DNA of 64,000 bases from positions 14,136,001 through 14,200,000 of the forward strand of contig JAQFVV010000010.1 of assembly GCA_028023455.1 (NCBI GenBank), read 5' to 3'. The position numbers were made by a program, and so were the translations under genes. Shown one piece after another: positions 52,993-64,000 of this stretch. The stretch comes from Epiperipatus broadwayi. Its lineage: Eukaryota > Animalia > Onychophora. Under the pieces are notes generated by a model that was not told the origin of the DNA, made no database searches, and was given only the letters and a program-made list of their open reading frames with translations. Numbering within the stretch: position 1 is the first letter of the stretch; every line of letters starts with the position of its first letter.

Positions 52993-53160
52993 GACTGCAG
53001 AAAGGAGTTTGCTATTAACTGAAAGGAGACCCTTTGATTCCTCTTGGAGGCCTTAAAGGAACCGAGCAGGGCAAATTCCTAATGTCCACTCCATACGTTC
53101 TTGTCGTTGCAGCTGTTATTACTATGTGATTATTCATATAGTATACGAACATGGATGGGC
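52993..53160 (+). ncRNA. HDV-like self-cleaving ribozyme fold at the RTE 5' end
   Basis: P1 GACUGCA (52993-52999)/UGCAGCU (53108-53114); P2 GUCCA(C)UCCAU/AUGGAUGGGC; P3 ACG/CGU; L3 UUCUUGU; J1/4 GU; P4 hairpin 53117-53145; catalytic-position C53146 followed by GAA; structured J1/2 insert. Confidence 0.85.
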
Positions 53161-53318
53161 TGCTCACCAACACACATTAGCCAGCATGGTGAGTTTATTG
53201 GCTTTTTACCTCTAAGTTTAAGATCAAGAAACACCATGGTCTTTCTTCTCAGTGCCTGATAAGGCAGAATGAATGTTTGTGTAAATGATAAATATTTTTC
53301 CAATACATATATACAATT

Positions 53319-56270
53319 ATGACAGACAAAAATAAAGCATGGCCCTTATTCCCAGGAGGCTGTAAAGTCACCAACCAAGGCAGCGGTTGGTGGCCGAAGG
53401 CGGAGGGTGCTAAGAATCCCCTGATTGTGGACCCAGGCTGCCATTTGATGACGACTTTTTATTTAGGTACTTACAACTGCAGATCACTTTCAAGTGAAGG
53501 AAGATTGCAAGAATTAGAAGAAGAACTGTCTTATATTAAATGGGACATTATTGGACTTTGTGAAGTTAGAAGAAAAGGAAAAGAAACAATTGATTTAAAA
53601 AGTGGACATATACTCTATTATAAAGGCACACATATTGGAAATACAAGTGGAGTAGGATTCATTATAAATAAAAAGTGGAAGAACAATATTGTGGAGATTG
53701 ATGGTGTATCAGACAGAGTGGCAAGATTAGTTATACAACTTAATAGCAGATACCAAATGCAGATAATTCAGGTTTATGCCCCAACAAGTTCTCATAGTGA
53801 TGATAGTAGAAGATTTTTATATGGATGTACAAAAGGCTTTTGATCAGAGTAAACAACATTTTAAAATCGTTATGGGAGACTTTAATGCTAGAATTGGTAA
53901 ACAAATGAAAGATGAAAGTGCTGTAGGTAATTTTGGTTATGGTAATAGAAATGAGAGAGGACATAGACTTGTGGAGTTTGCAGAAAAAGAAAAACTTTAT
54001 ATTATGAATTCATTTTTTGAGAAAAATGTTAAAAGGAAATGGACATGGAAGCATCCAAATGAAGGTACAGCAGAATTGGATTATATTTTGACTAACAGAA
54101 AATACATTCAAGATTGTAATGTTCTTAATAAATTTAAGACAGGAAGTGATCATCGATTAGTAAGATGTAAGTTACGTGTTAATGTAAAACTAGAGAGACA
54201 AAAATTATTAAGAAAAACAATATTTACAGTTGATATTCCTAATCTTCAGAAACATTCTAATGAATTTAAATTAGAACTTACAAATAGGTTTCAAGTGTTA
54301 GGAGATTTTGAACATGATACAGATTTGAAGGAAATTAATATGAAAATAACTGATACACTTTTAAAAACTGCAACAAACATAGCTGGTAGAAAAAAGCAGC
54401 AATTGACTAATAAAATTTCTACTGAGACTAGAGAATTTATGAAGAAAAGAAGGAATATGAAGATATACAAAAATGATGTATTAAAAAGAATTGAATATCT
54501 CGAATTTTGTAAAATGGTACGGAAAAGAGTTGAAAATGATATAAGAAAGTATAATTGTGAAATAGCAAGGAAAGCTGTAGAAGAAAATAAAAGTCTCAAA
54601 AATGTTAAACAACATTTTGGTATTGGTAGGAAATTTATATCTGCAATAAGAAAAAAAGATGGAATTATTACTAAAAAGAGAGATGACATCATGAAATTGG
54701 TAGAAGATTTTTATCAAGAATTATATAGTAATAAAGAACAAGTACCTCCTATATCTATTACATCTTCCGAATTACCCAGAATTTTAAATGAAGAAGTGAG
54801 ACATGCAATTAAGTGTATGAAGAAAGGAAAGGCTCCAGGAAATGATGGAATTATAATTGATATATTAAAAGAAGCAGGTGAAGAATTAGAAACAATTTTA
54901 GCAAAGTTATATACCAAATGTCTAAATGATAAAGATGTACCGGAAGATTGGAAGAATGCAGTAATAATATTAATATTTAAAAAAGGTGATAAAGAAGATA
55001 TTAGAAATTACAGACCTGTCAGCCTTTTATCAGTTTTATATAAAATTTTTACCAAGATAATTACAACTCGTCTACAGAGAACTTTGGATTTCCACCAACC
55101 AAGAGAACAAGCTGGATTTAAAAGTGGTTTTAGTACAATAGATCATATGCAGGTATTGAGAGAAGTCATAGAAAGGACAAACGAATATGAGTTGTCATTA
55201 TGTTTTGGATTTGTAGATTATGAAAAGGCATTTGATTCTATACACATTTCTTCAGTGATTAAAGCATTGGATCATCAAGGTATAGATCCAGGATATTGTC
55301 ATATTTTAAAGAATATTTATAAAAATGCAACAGCAACAATTAGATTACATAATGATACTGGAAAAATCAACATTGAGAAAGGTGTAAGACAAGGTGACTC
55401 CATATCTCCAAACTCTTTACAGCAGTGCTGCAAGAAGTATTTTGTGGATTAAAATGGGAAACTAAAGGAGTGAAAGTAAATGGAGAGTATTTAAGTCATT
55501 TAGATTTCGCAGATGATGTAGTTGTTTTTGCAAATAATGCTTCAGAGCTGCAGGAAATGTTGCAGGAGTTAGCAGATGAAAGTAGAAAAGTAGGACTAAA
55601 GATAAATGTTAAAAAGACTAAAGTAATGTTTAATCGATTTGCTCAAAATATGAAAATAAAGATTGATTATGAAGAATTAGAAGAAGTTAACAGTTACAAA
55701 TACCTTGGTCAGATTATTAATACAGATGGAAACATAATGGAGGAAATTAATCATAGAATTAAACTTGGTTGGAGTGCTTTTGGTAGAAATAACTTGATAC
55801 TAAAAGGAAATATGCCTATGTGTTTGAAAAGGATGGTTTTTAACAAATGTGTTTTACCAGTTCTTACTTATGGATCTGAGACTTGGACACTTAATAGAAG
55901 AGCAATACAGAGACTTCAGACCACTCAAAGGAGTATGGAGAGATGTATGTTGGGAGTAACAAGAAGAGATCGAAAACGCAATGTATGGGTAAGACAACAA
56001 ACAGGTGTTACTGACCTTATTGAAAAAATTAAAAGATTGAAATGGAGTTGGGTTGGACATATTGCTAGAAGAGATGATAATAGATGGACAATTGAAATTT
56101 TAAACTGGATTCCAAGAGATTGTAAAAGACCCAGAAAGAGACCACATGTGAGATGGATGGATGAAATAAGAAAATGTGCAGAGGTGTTGTGGAGAAGAGA
56201 AGCTAAAGATCGGAGAAGATGGATTAAACTTGGAGAGACCTTCATCCTGCAGTGGATTGATAATGGTTGA
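53319..56270 (+). pseudogene. RTE ORF (APE endonuclease plus reverse transcriptase), two -1 frameshifts
   Basis: Track ORFs 53319-53843, 53776-55452 and 55425-56270 join. Motifs TYNCRSL, GLCEVRR, MGDFNA, LDYIL, SDH, NYRPVSLLS, QAGF, VDYEKAFDS, GVRQGD, FADD, YKYLG. Confidence 0.95.
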
Positions 56271-57594
56271 TGATGATGATGATGATGATATTACATGATA
56301 ATCAGGGAGATGAAAGCTTAATATTGATATCTTGTTTGACACCAGCCAAAAGGACTAATATGAAGCATATCAGCGAGGAATGAGTCCCGAATAGATGACC
56401 ATGCTTGCATGTCTCATATAGTTCAGCGATAGATCTAATCCTTTGTCCATGCTCCGCATGACCAAGTCGACCCTTCATATTGGAGGTTACTTCCATAACA
56501 ACTCAGGATCTGGGCAATAATCATGCAGAGCAAGGTGTTGTTTCTCATTTCTCACCCCCCCCCCCCCATTATCTAATTTTTCGTATTCTTTTTATATTAA
56601 GTTTTACAATTTGTGATATTTATTTTTATATTGAAATTTGGACATATTTCACAAAAGATAAAGAAGTGATGAAGCCATATATATTGCTATCAGTTTTATT
56701 TCCATTTTCTTTAATTGCCATCAATTGTTGTAAATGTTCAATTATTGACTTTTTTCAATTTTATTTCCATTCATTATAGTAGTCTCCAAACAAAAGCATG
56801 TTTGTTAAATATTTTTTGTTGTTTTATTAAAATTATTTGCCTTTTTAAACAGGCTTAGTTTATTTCGCAAACTAGTGATTTCATTAGCAAATCAAAAATA
56901 ATTTAAATTATTATTCATATTAGATCTTAATTTTTTTTTTCAATTTATTCTTTTAATTTTTTTTTACTAAATTAGCAGATATGTGTAATTTAAATAAATA
57001 TATCACTATCAAGAAAAGATTAATTAATTTGCAAGTCTTCTGTAAAATGTACATATGGATATGTGTGCATATACACATTAAAAATTAAAAGGCCTCTTGG
57101 AAGATTAGTTAATGTATCTGCCTGTAACTGGTTGTTCATTTCTGAAAGAGGATTTTCAAGCAAACATAGAATTTTTTTTGCTGGTAGTTAGTCCATATCC
57201 AACCCAGCTAATTATGCAATAATAAATTAAATTAATATACAGTCTATTATTAACTAGAAGACCGAACACTATTAAAAAATTATTAAATTTTCATTGACTA
57301 GTATTTGGCTAAACCCAATGAGAATGGTCTTCTTCATTATTGCTCTGTGAAGAAATGTTTGTCTGCATTAAAGGCAGTTTTACCATCGTGTATCTATATA
57401 CTGTAAAGATAAGTTTATTCACGTACAATTTATGCATTTGTAAGATAATTTCATAATATTAGAAATTGAATTCAGAAAGGATTTAGTGCATTAGTGATAT
57501 ATTTAGCACCAAATCTGTTCTGTGAACACGCACACTTAATCGAACTGTAAAAATGGTATCATTCATTTTAGTGCAAAAAAAGATACTAATACTA

Positions 57595-58013
57595 TAGTCA
57601 AAATAAGAGTCATAGATCACACGACCCAATTCTCTTAAGCTCGTAAAATATAATCAATGAGGATTGCCAATTCCTCAACAAGCTTTGTGATAAAATGCTT
57701 AGCCAGAACCAGCATTTAAAATATTTGTCAGGACCCCCCCAGCCCCTACCATGGTTTCATGCTTTGGCACTCCTCAGAGAGGTGCTAAGGTAGTTTCAGA
57801 TACTAGATCTAAAAATACCAACCCAAAGCCAGCATTTATCTATTGAGAGGAAAATCTGAAAATTTCAGACACCTACATGTCTTCAAAACCAGTTATCCAA
57901 CTCAAATAGCTATATGGGGCTGAGAGGGGGTATCCTGACAGATATTTTAAATGCTGGCTCTGGCTAAGCATTTATCACAAAGCTTGTTGAGGAATTGGCA
58001 ATCCTCATTGATT
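57595..58013 (-). mobile_element. Family B palindrome, tail on the left
   Basis: About 85-bp near-perfect arms (57652-57735, 57930-58013); 14-15 bp TSD AAGATACTAATACT(A) (57580-57594, 58014-58028). Confidence 0.92.
57743..57782 (-). ncRNA. Minimal type I hammerhead ribozyme motif
   Basis: Minus strand reads CUCU-CUGAGGA-GUGC-CAAA-GCAU-GAAAC-CAUG-GUA|GGGG; perfect palindrome ACCAUGGU in stem III; GUA triplet. Confidence 0.82.
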
Positions 58014-61000
58014 AAGATACTAATACTAATTTGTCATTATACATATTTTCCCCCCATAACTGTAAATTCACTTAGCTCCCTCTGGAACTTCATATCACTG
58101 GCATATAATATCTAAATTATGAATACAAAATTATATTTAAGAATGAAAAAAAAAAAAATCAAAAAGAATTGAAAAATGCATAATAAATAATTTGCAATGC
58201 TTTTAATTACAGTCATGAAAATTTTTTTTGTCCATAATTGAAAATGCTTTTGTAAATTATTTATTATTTAACGTTTTAAAAACTAAAAGTTACTACAGTT
58301 TATCTATTTAATTTTTACATACATTGTTATGATTTGTATTGAATTTATATATATGTGTGTGTGTATAATAAAGTTGATTAATCAAACTACACACAAAGCA
58401 TTAAATGAATAAATAGCCAGTCACTCATAAAAATTATTTCATAATAACATAGTATTTTGTCTCAGAAAAGGGATCTCATTATATGGCCCTTATAAATTTA
58501 TATTATTCCCTAATCCCAATGCATTAACATAGCTATTTTTTAAAAGATATAAATTAGAAGGGTATGTTATTCTATTCAAAAGAGAAAAAAGTCAAAACTC
58601 TTGTGAAAGCATATATTTACATATATAATATAAATTACAATAGTATATCAATAATTGAATCCCATGAAGGTAATTATTATATACAGTTATTAAAATTATA
58701 AATATGTGACTCTAACCAAGAGAATATGTAGCAATTAACTTCATGGGTACAGTCCTTGGTATATATTTGCAATATACAATATATTTAAATATGTATTTTT
58801 CAAGAGTTATTTTTTCTCTCTCTCTCAAATAAAATCACATTTTCCTATTTTAAATATTAAAAGACATCATGTTGATGTATGGAGAGGATTAATGTTAATT
58901 TTCAGGATTATCTGATGAGATCCCTGTTCTAGGATGAAATATTGTATGGACTAAATGGTTGTTGGTTTTCTCTGTCCATTGATATGGGTAATTAGCTATT
59001 AAATCGTATTTACATTTTAATGTGTTTTGTCTAACTAACTTTGTTATATATATTTAAGCATGTTTGACACATGTCAACAATATATTATTTAATTTGTGCG
59101 TACTTTATAATTACTTACACACACATATATATATATACATGGGTTGCAAATTAATAATATTCCAAGTACTTAGTCTCGTGAAGGAAATTACTACTACAGT
59201 GAATATATTTTAACAGAACAAATTCGATTGCAGCTCATATTGGTTGCATTACAAAGTTGCATGGTTAAGAAATATTAATAAACACTATGATAGATTGATA
59301 AGTAAACTTGTAGAGTGCTGTGTGTGTGTGTTTGCATGCATATTAGATTTAATATAAGTGTAAGTTAACTATATTGATGTAAGAAATTAAAAGAAAATTA
59401 GCTTACAGAGTTAATGGCACTATTACATATTTAATAAATTAAAACAAAATTAGTTTATAGAGTTAATCATATTGTTAAATATTTCATAAAGGAAATATAC
59501 AATGTAAAATTGCAAACAATAAAATCTTGTATAATATAAGGGGAGAGAGAAAAATTAGTCTCTGTGCACACAAATGAATTTGAATTGTGTAGGTTAAGAA
59601 AATCTATTTTATAATTCTTTCAGATTTGTCTGCTGGTTAAAAGTTTAAAGAAATAGTTTGTCTTTTCTTATAGTAAATTGAATAGCACATCTAAATACAT
59701 TATTAAAAATTACAAAGCACTAAAACCAAGAAAATTACAGAGCAAATTCAAAGTTCAGTCATAATTTTGTTTTTATTGTTATTGGAAATAAATAAAAAGC
59801 CATTTTTAAAAAAAATCATTTAATCATTTATAATTTAATTAGCAAAGAAAGGTTATGAAAAAGAAAGCATGTGAAATAAATATACTGTATATTAAATCTG
59901 GTAATTAGGTCTTGATAAAGATATTTTTTGATAAACATCCTGATATACAGTCTTGATTACATATTAAATCTTAAAAAACATATGAGAACATATAAATAGA
60001 TCTGAAAACAAAAATGACAGTAGTTTAGTCTAAGTCTTGACTCAAGAAGAAAGTAGTATCTTCCTATGTTTATCTTGTTGACTGTTTTAAAGTATTTTTC
60101 AATACTTCATCCATCTTAGCAGCATATATAATGAGTAGTGGAAGAACCCATTCAACATCAATTTTTTGAATAGAGCCATGCGAGTATTACTTTAAACATG
60201 ACTCCATGTTTGATTTTTTTTTTTGCAAATAAATCTTTTATGTATATTATATAACTAATTACTATTTTATAACATTTAAGCCTTCTATTTATTGAAATTT
60301 AAAAAATTAATATTTCACATTTTAAATTATTAAAATAAAATATCTAAATGAAATTCTTACTGACAACAAAGAAGCATGTGGACATTGGCTGCACGTTGTC
60401 TTTTGAAAAAGTTAGAACAAGGCAATATCAGATAATTTATATTATTAAAAAAAAACATATTTAAGATTAGTTTTTATCAAAGAAAGAAAAAAAATCTAGA
60501 AATTAATAAATTATTTATTGCTATTAAAATTTTAAAGAATATTTTACTTACTAATCTCATAAAAGCAATTTTCCTTATATTCAGTAAAAGCTGCTTCTGG
60601 TCATCATAACATTTGCAGTACCTAACTTTTCTAGACTGTCTTTTAAAAATATGTTTTCAAAGACAATCTGTTATGAATGATGTAGTTTTTTGTTAAAAAC
60701 AATTATCTTTCAAAAGATTACATCATAATCATTGATAATTACATTTTTGCTTTACAAATCGATTGTTTCACCTTAAGATAAATAATCAAACACATTCACC
60801 CAAACAGAAATTAACTATATTCTTCTTTGCTTATTATAACAATAGATACTGTTAATCAAAAAGAAGATCCAAATAATGCTGACATCTTATGGATTTTTTT
60901 AAAAATTTAACATAAAATTGCAGCTTAAACTAAAAGTGAATTACATTCCATCGCTCACTATAATATACGATTGTAGATCGGCTTAAAACTTTTACAAAGT

Positions 61001-61900
61001 AATTAACATGACTGGCTAGAAAATTTTAACCATGCTGATCAAAAGATTTGGAACTATGCAGTTATATCCAGACTAATGTTGAAGTTGCATAAAATACACC
61101 ATTGCCTTCTTTAATGAAGAAAACTATGCCATAAGGAAAGAAGTGGATTCTACCATAAGATCTATAGTGGGACTCATCTACACTATCTGTCATCACCAAT
61201 ATCTGAAGAAAATGATCACAATCAGGACTGGATTGCTAAATACTACAATCAAAGATGTTCATATATATAATAAAGATATGATAGCTGCAAAAAACCATGG
61301 TTTAAAATTTTAAAAACATTTGTACAATGATAAATTCTTAACTTTATATTCATTCATAAGACCTTAAATTTTAATATTTATAATTATTTTTTATTCTTTT
61401 CAATGTTTTGCATTTATCTGGTAGCAGTTACAAAAGTATAAGCAGTAATTTCATGATTTAGTTATTATAAATATATTGTTTACTTATTTTTTTATTAACC
61501 AGTTTAGTTTGTTTTTGCTTTTCAAACTCATTCCAAATGTGTCATTAATATCCACTAACCACACGGGGGAACATACTGGGATAATGGTAGTAATTTTAAA
61601 AAATTGATGATAGAGATATTATGATATCCATAAAAGTAGTCTTTATATTTATAAAATTTGATGCCTAAAAATTAATTTTAAATTGAATCTAGAAAAAATA
61701 ATTAAATATATTTTTGGAATAATTATACTTAACCATCACTGTATATATGTGATTTTGTTAACCATTACTAATTATTTGTTTTTACTATTCTTCTATTCAT
61801 TACAATATATATGATTGTTGTATGTAATTTAGGAAATATACTCTTGGTTATATATAACATTTAAGATATATGTAATTATTATCATATCTGTATATAATTC

Positions 61901-62156
61901 TTTTAAAACAGGCAAAACTCACTATACATATTGCCACACCCAGCAAGTTAGAGTAATCAATGGATGCAAGAAGGCTTGTGCATAAAATCCCCATCTAGTG
62001 TTTACTCATCCAATATCTCCAGATTAGTTTCTGGCTTGTGGACTTCGTCAGTCAGGAGCCTTGGATCTGAGAGCAATATGTATAGTGAGTTTTTCCTGTT
62101 TTAAAACAGTTATACACAAGCATAAGAAGGGGTGGTCATATGATGTTTATTGGCTA
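61901..62156 (+). mobile_element. Family C palindrome, tail on the right
   Basis: Arms TTTTAAAACAGGCAAAACTCACTATACATATTGC / GCAATATGTATAGTGAGTTTTTCCTGTTTTAAAA; the tail is the reverse complement of the 8023-8070 extension; 10-bp TSD TATATAATTC (61891-61900, 62157-62166). Confidence 0.88.
62016..62058 (-). ncRNA. Degenerate hammerhead-like motif (family C)
   Basis: Minus strand reads CUCCUGA-CUGACGA-A-GUC-CACAA-GCC-A-GAAAC-UA-AUC-UGGAG. Confidence 0.5.
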
Positions 62157-63545
62157 TATATAATTCCAGGGATGCCTAAATGAGGTTCCAGTTGCAGAAT
62201 TGTTAATAGTTTGTAGCTTTCTTTGCATTGATACGAGTGATTATTTATTTACATATTTGTTGTTTGATTATTGGGCTTTATTATTTTATAAGAAAAGTAT
62301 ATTGCGTATGTGTTAGATATTTGACATTTTAAAGGTAAGTTTTCTAATATATATATATATACTGGATCTCAGAGAATTAGAATTGGATTTGTATTCTGAA
62401 ATAATCCATTTTTGTTGTATTTTATTTCATTTTTTTTATTATCATTTGTTATTCTTCTTATCATCATCATTATCACCAACATTATTAAAATCTATCACAT
62501 ATATATATATATATTTATGATTATTGTATATTATATATGTTAAGCAAATTAATATATTTTATTTTTATATTTTAACTTATATATAATTTAACGGATTTTT
62601 TTTTTTTTTGTATTATGGCTATTCTATGAAATATTTTTTTTGTCTCCTACTTCAGAAACAGATTATCATATGGTATTAACAGAAATTTTTTTTAAAAATT
62701 TAAATCATTTATACTATGATCTGTTATATTATATAGTAATATGAGTTTTGTATTAGTTATGAGGGGATTAGTTCTAGAATTTGTAGTGTCTTTCACTCTG
62801 TCATAAAGGGCAGCATTGAGTGACATCAGCATAATCATCAAGAATATGACTAGTCTTGATTGATAATTACTGCAGAATTGATCCATGATTGACAGTCAAG
62901 CGATAGATTTTTAGGAAAGTACTGAAAGAATTTGATATTGACAAAATAGTAAAATTCCAAAAGTTAAGGGAAGTTGATATTTAAATCATAGCATGCTAAA
63001 TTAAATGACCCTTGTGTGTAACATGAGAGTTGTTTTTAGAGTGAAGCAGAATTATTTCACTGATTGAAGAATGAATGGCTGATTCTAATCTATGTTGGCC
63101 AACACAAACAAAGCAGGTGATAGAACAAAGACATTATATGGTAATAATTTAGACTCCTGCAGATTCTATTGATAAGTTAATGAGGCCTACCTTTCCCATG
63201 AAAACCATGTTTAAGTTAACTATAAAATAGTTATTTTTTTAAATAAGTTTGTTCCTAAGTAAAGAATTTTACTAGTCATTTAATTCAATACTAGCTAGAA
63301 AAAGAATATACTGTTTGGTCATATGAGCTTATAATGTTTTAAATTTTTTTTTCAGAGCATCTTAAATGAAAGTTTCCAGTGTTTTTATGTTATGATAGAA
63401 ATTCCAGGTCTTATCATACAACAAATTTTACAGTTTTGGTTCTTTATAAAACTAATTTAATAGAAGTAGCTATATTGTTATGATGAAATGCCCTATGTTT
63501 ATCACTCAATTATAAAACAAATTAATCAGAATTTGTAATTTTTAA

Positions 63546-63710
<165 letters not shown>

Positions 63711-64000
63711 TAGTATCCTTTTATTATTATCATGAAACAATCAATCTATAGATTAAAAATCTGTCATAATTGTAACAATAATAAAAAATATATATACCTC
63801 TTTTGCTATTACTAATGATTGTTGTTCTACTGTAGGAATGAGTTTTTTCAGTGAGAATTTAAGCTAACATAGTTGATAATTTTTTTATGATTACACACAC
63901 AAATAACTGAATTTAAATATTGATAGCAATTTATTTTAATTCTTATTTAGATAAAAAAAAAAGATTATACACAATAAATATTGTAATTTTTAATATAAAA

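Larger units (their letters stand above)
52993..56287 (+). mobile_element. Full-length (~3.3 kb) RTE-clade LINE
   Basis: 11-bp TSD ATATTACATGA (52982-52992, 56288-56298); single APE-RT ORF; very short 3' UTR with (GAT)n tail. Confidence 0.97.

Noticed and set aside
54291-56342. Antisense ORFs over the RTE (and similar ones at 11966, 35833, 44363, 44539)
   Set aside because: Shadow frames of the RTE coding strand, recurring only because the repeat recurs.
56302-56530. GC-richer 64-aa ORF next to the RTE 3' TSD
   Set aside because: No recognisable domain, splice signals or repeat ends; lies outside the TSD, so it is not a 3' transduction.
7615-62156. Classifying the tailed palindromes as ordinary MITEs
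   Set aside because: TSD lengths vary from 9 to 16 bp, the TSD encloses an asymmetric tail, and hammerheads are present. The true MITEs here (2786, 40393) have fixed 8-bp TSDs abutting the TIRs.
430-62886. Remaining short track ORFs (60-110 aa, F/I/L/K-rich)
   Set aside because: Composition mirrors AT-rich intron DNA, many use TTG/GTG starts, and none shows domain similarity or splice support.

Overview
AT-rich animal (probably arthropod-like invertebrate) genomic DNA, almost all intronic. The only host coding sequence is two + strand exons of alpha-actinin (CH1 actin-binding domain; 31572-31806 and 63619-63705), separated by a 31.8 kb intron. No first exon was found in the 31.5 kb upstream. 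The introns hold: (i) a full-length RTE-clade LINE (52993-56287, 11-bp TSD) whose first base is G1 of an HDV-like ribozyme fold, plus about 7 truncated RTE copies; (ii) a full-length, frameshifted L1/Tx1-clade LINE on the minus strand (24136-30204, 15-17-bp TSD); (iii) an RpS25 retrocopy missed by the ORF track; (iv) hAT-like and Merlin-like MITEs and a very short tRNA-Gly-derived SINE family. The most striking feature is about ten 200-600 bp non-coding insertions from several sequence families that share one architecture: a fold-back palindrome, a 25-65 nt unpaired tail on one side, and a variable 9-16 bp TSD. Two of these families carry minimal type I hammerhead ribozyme motifs. They are best read as miniature Penelope-like-element (PLE) insertions. 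All coordinates were counted by hand and may be off by a few bases.
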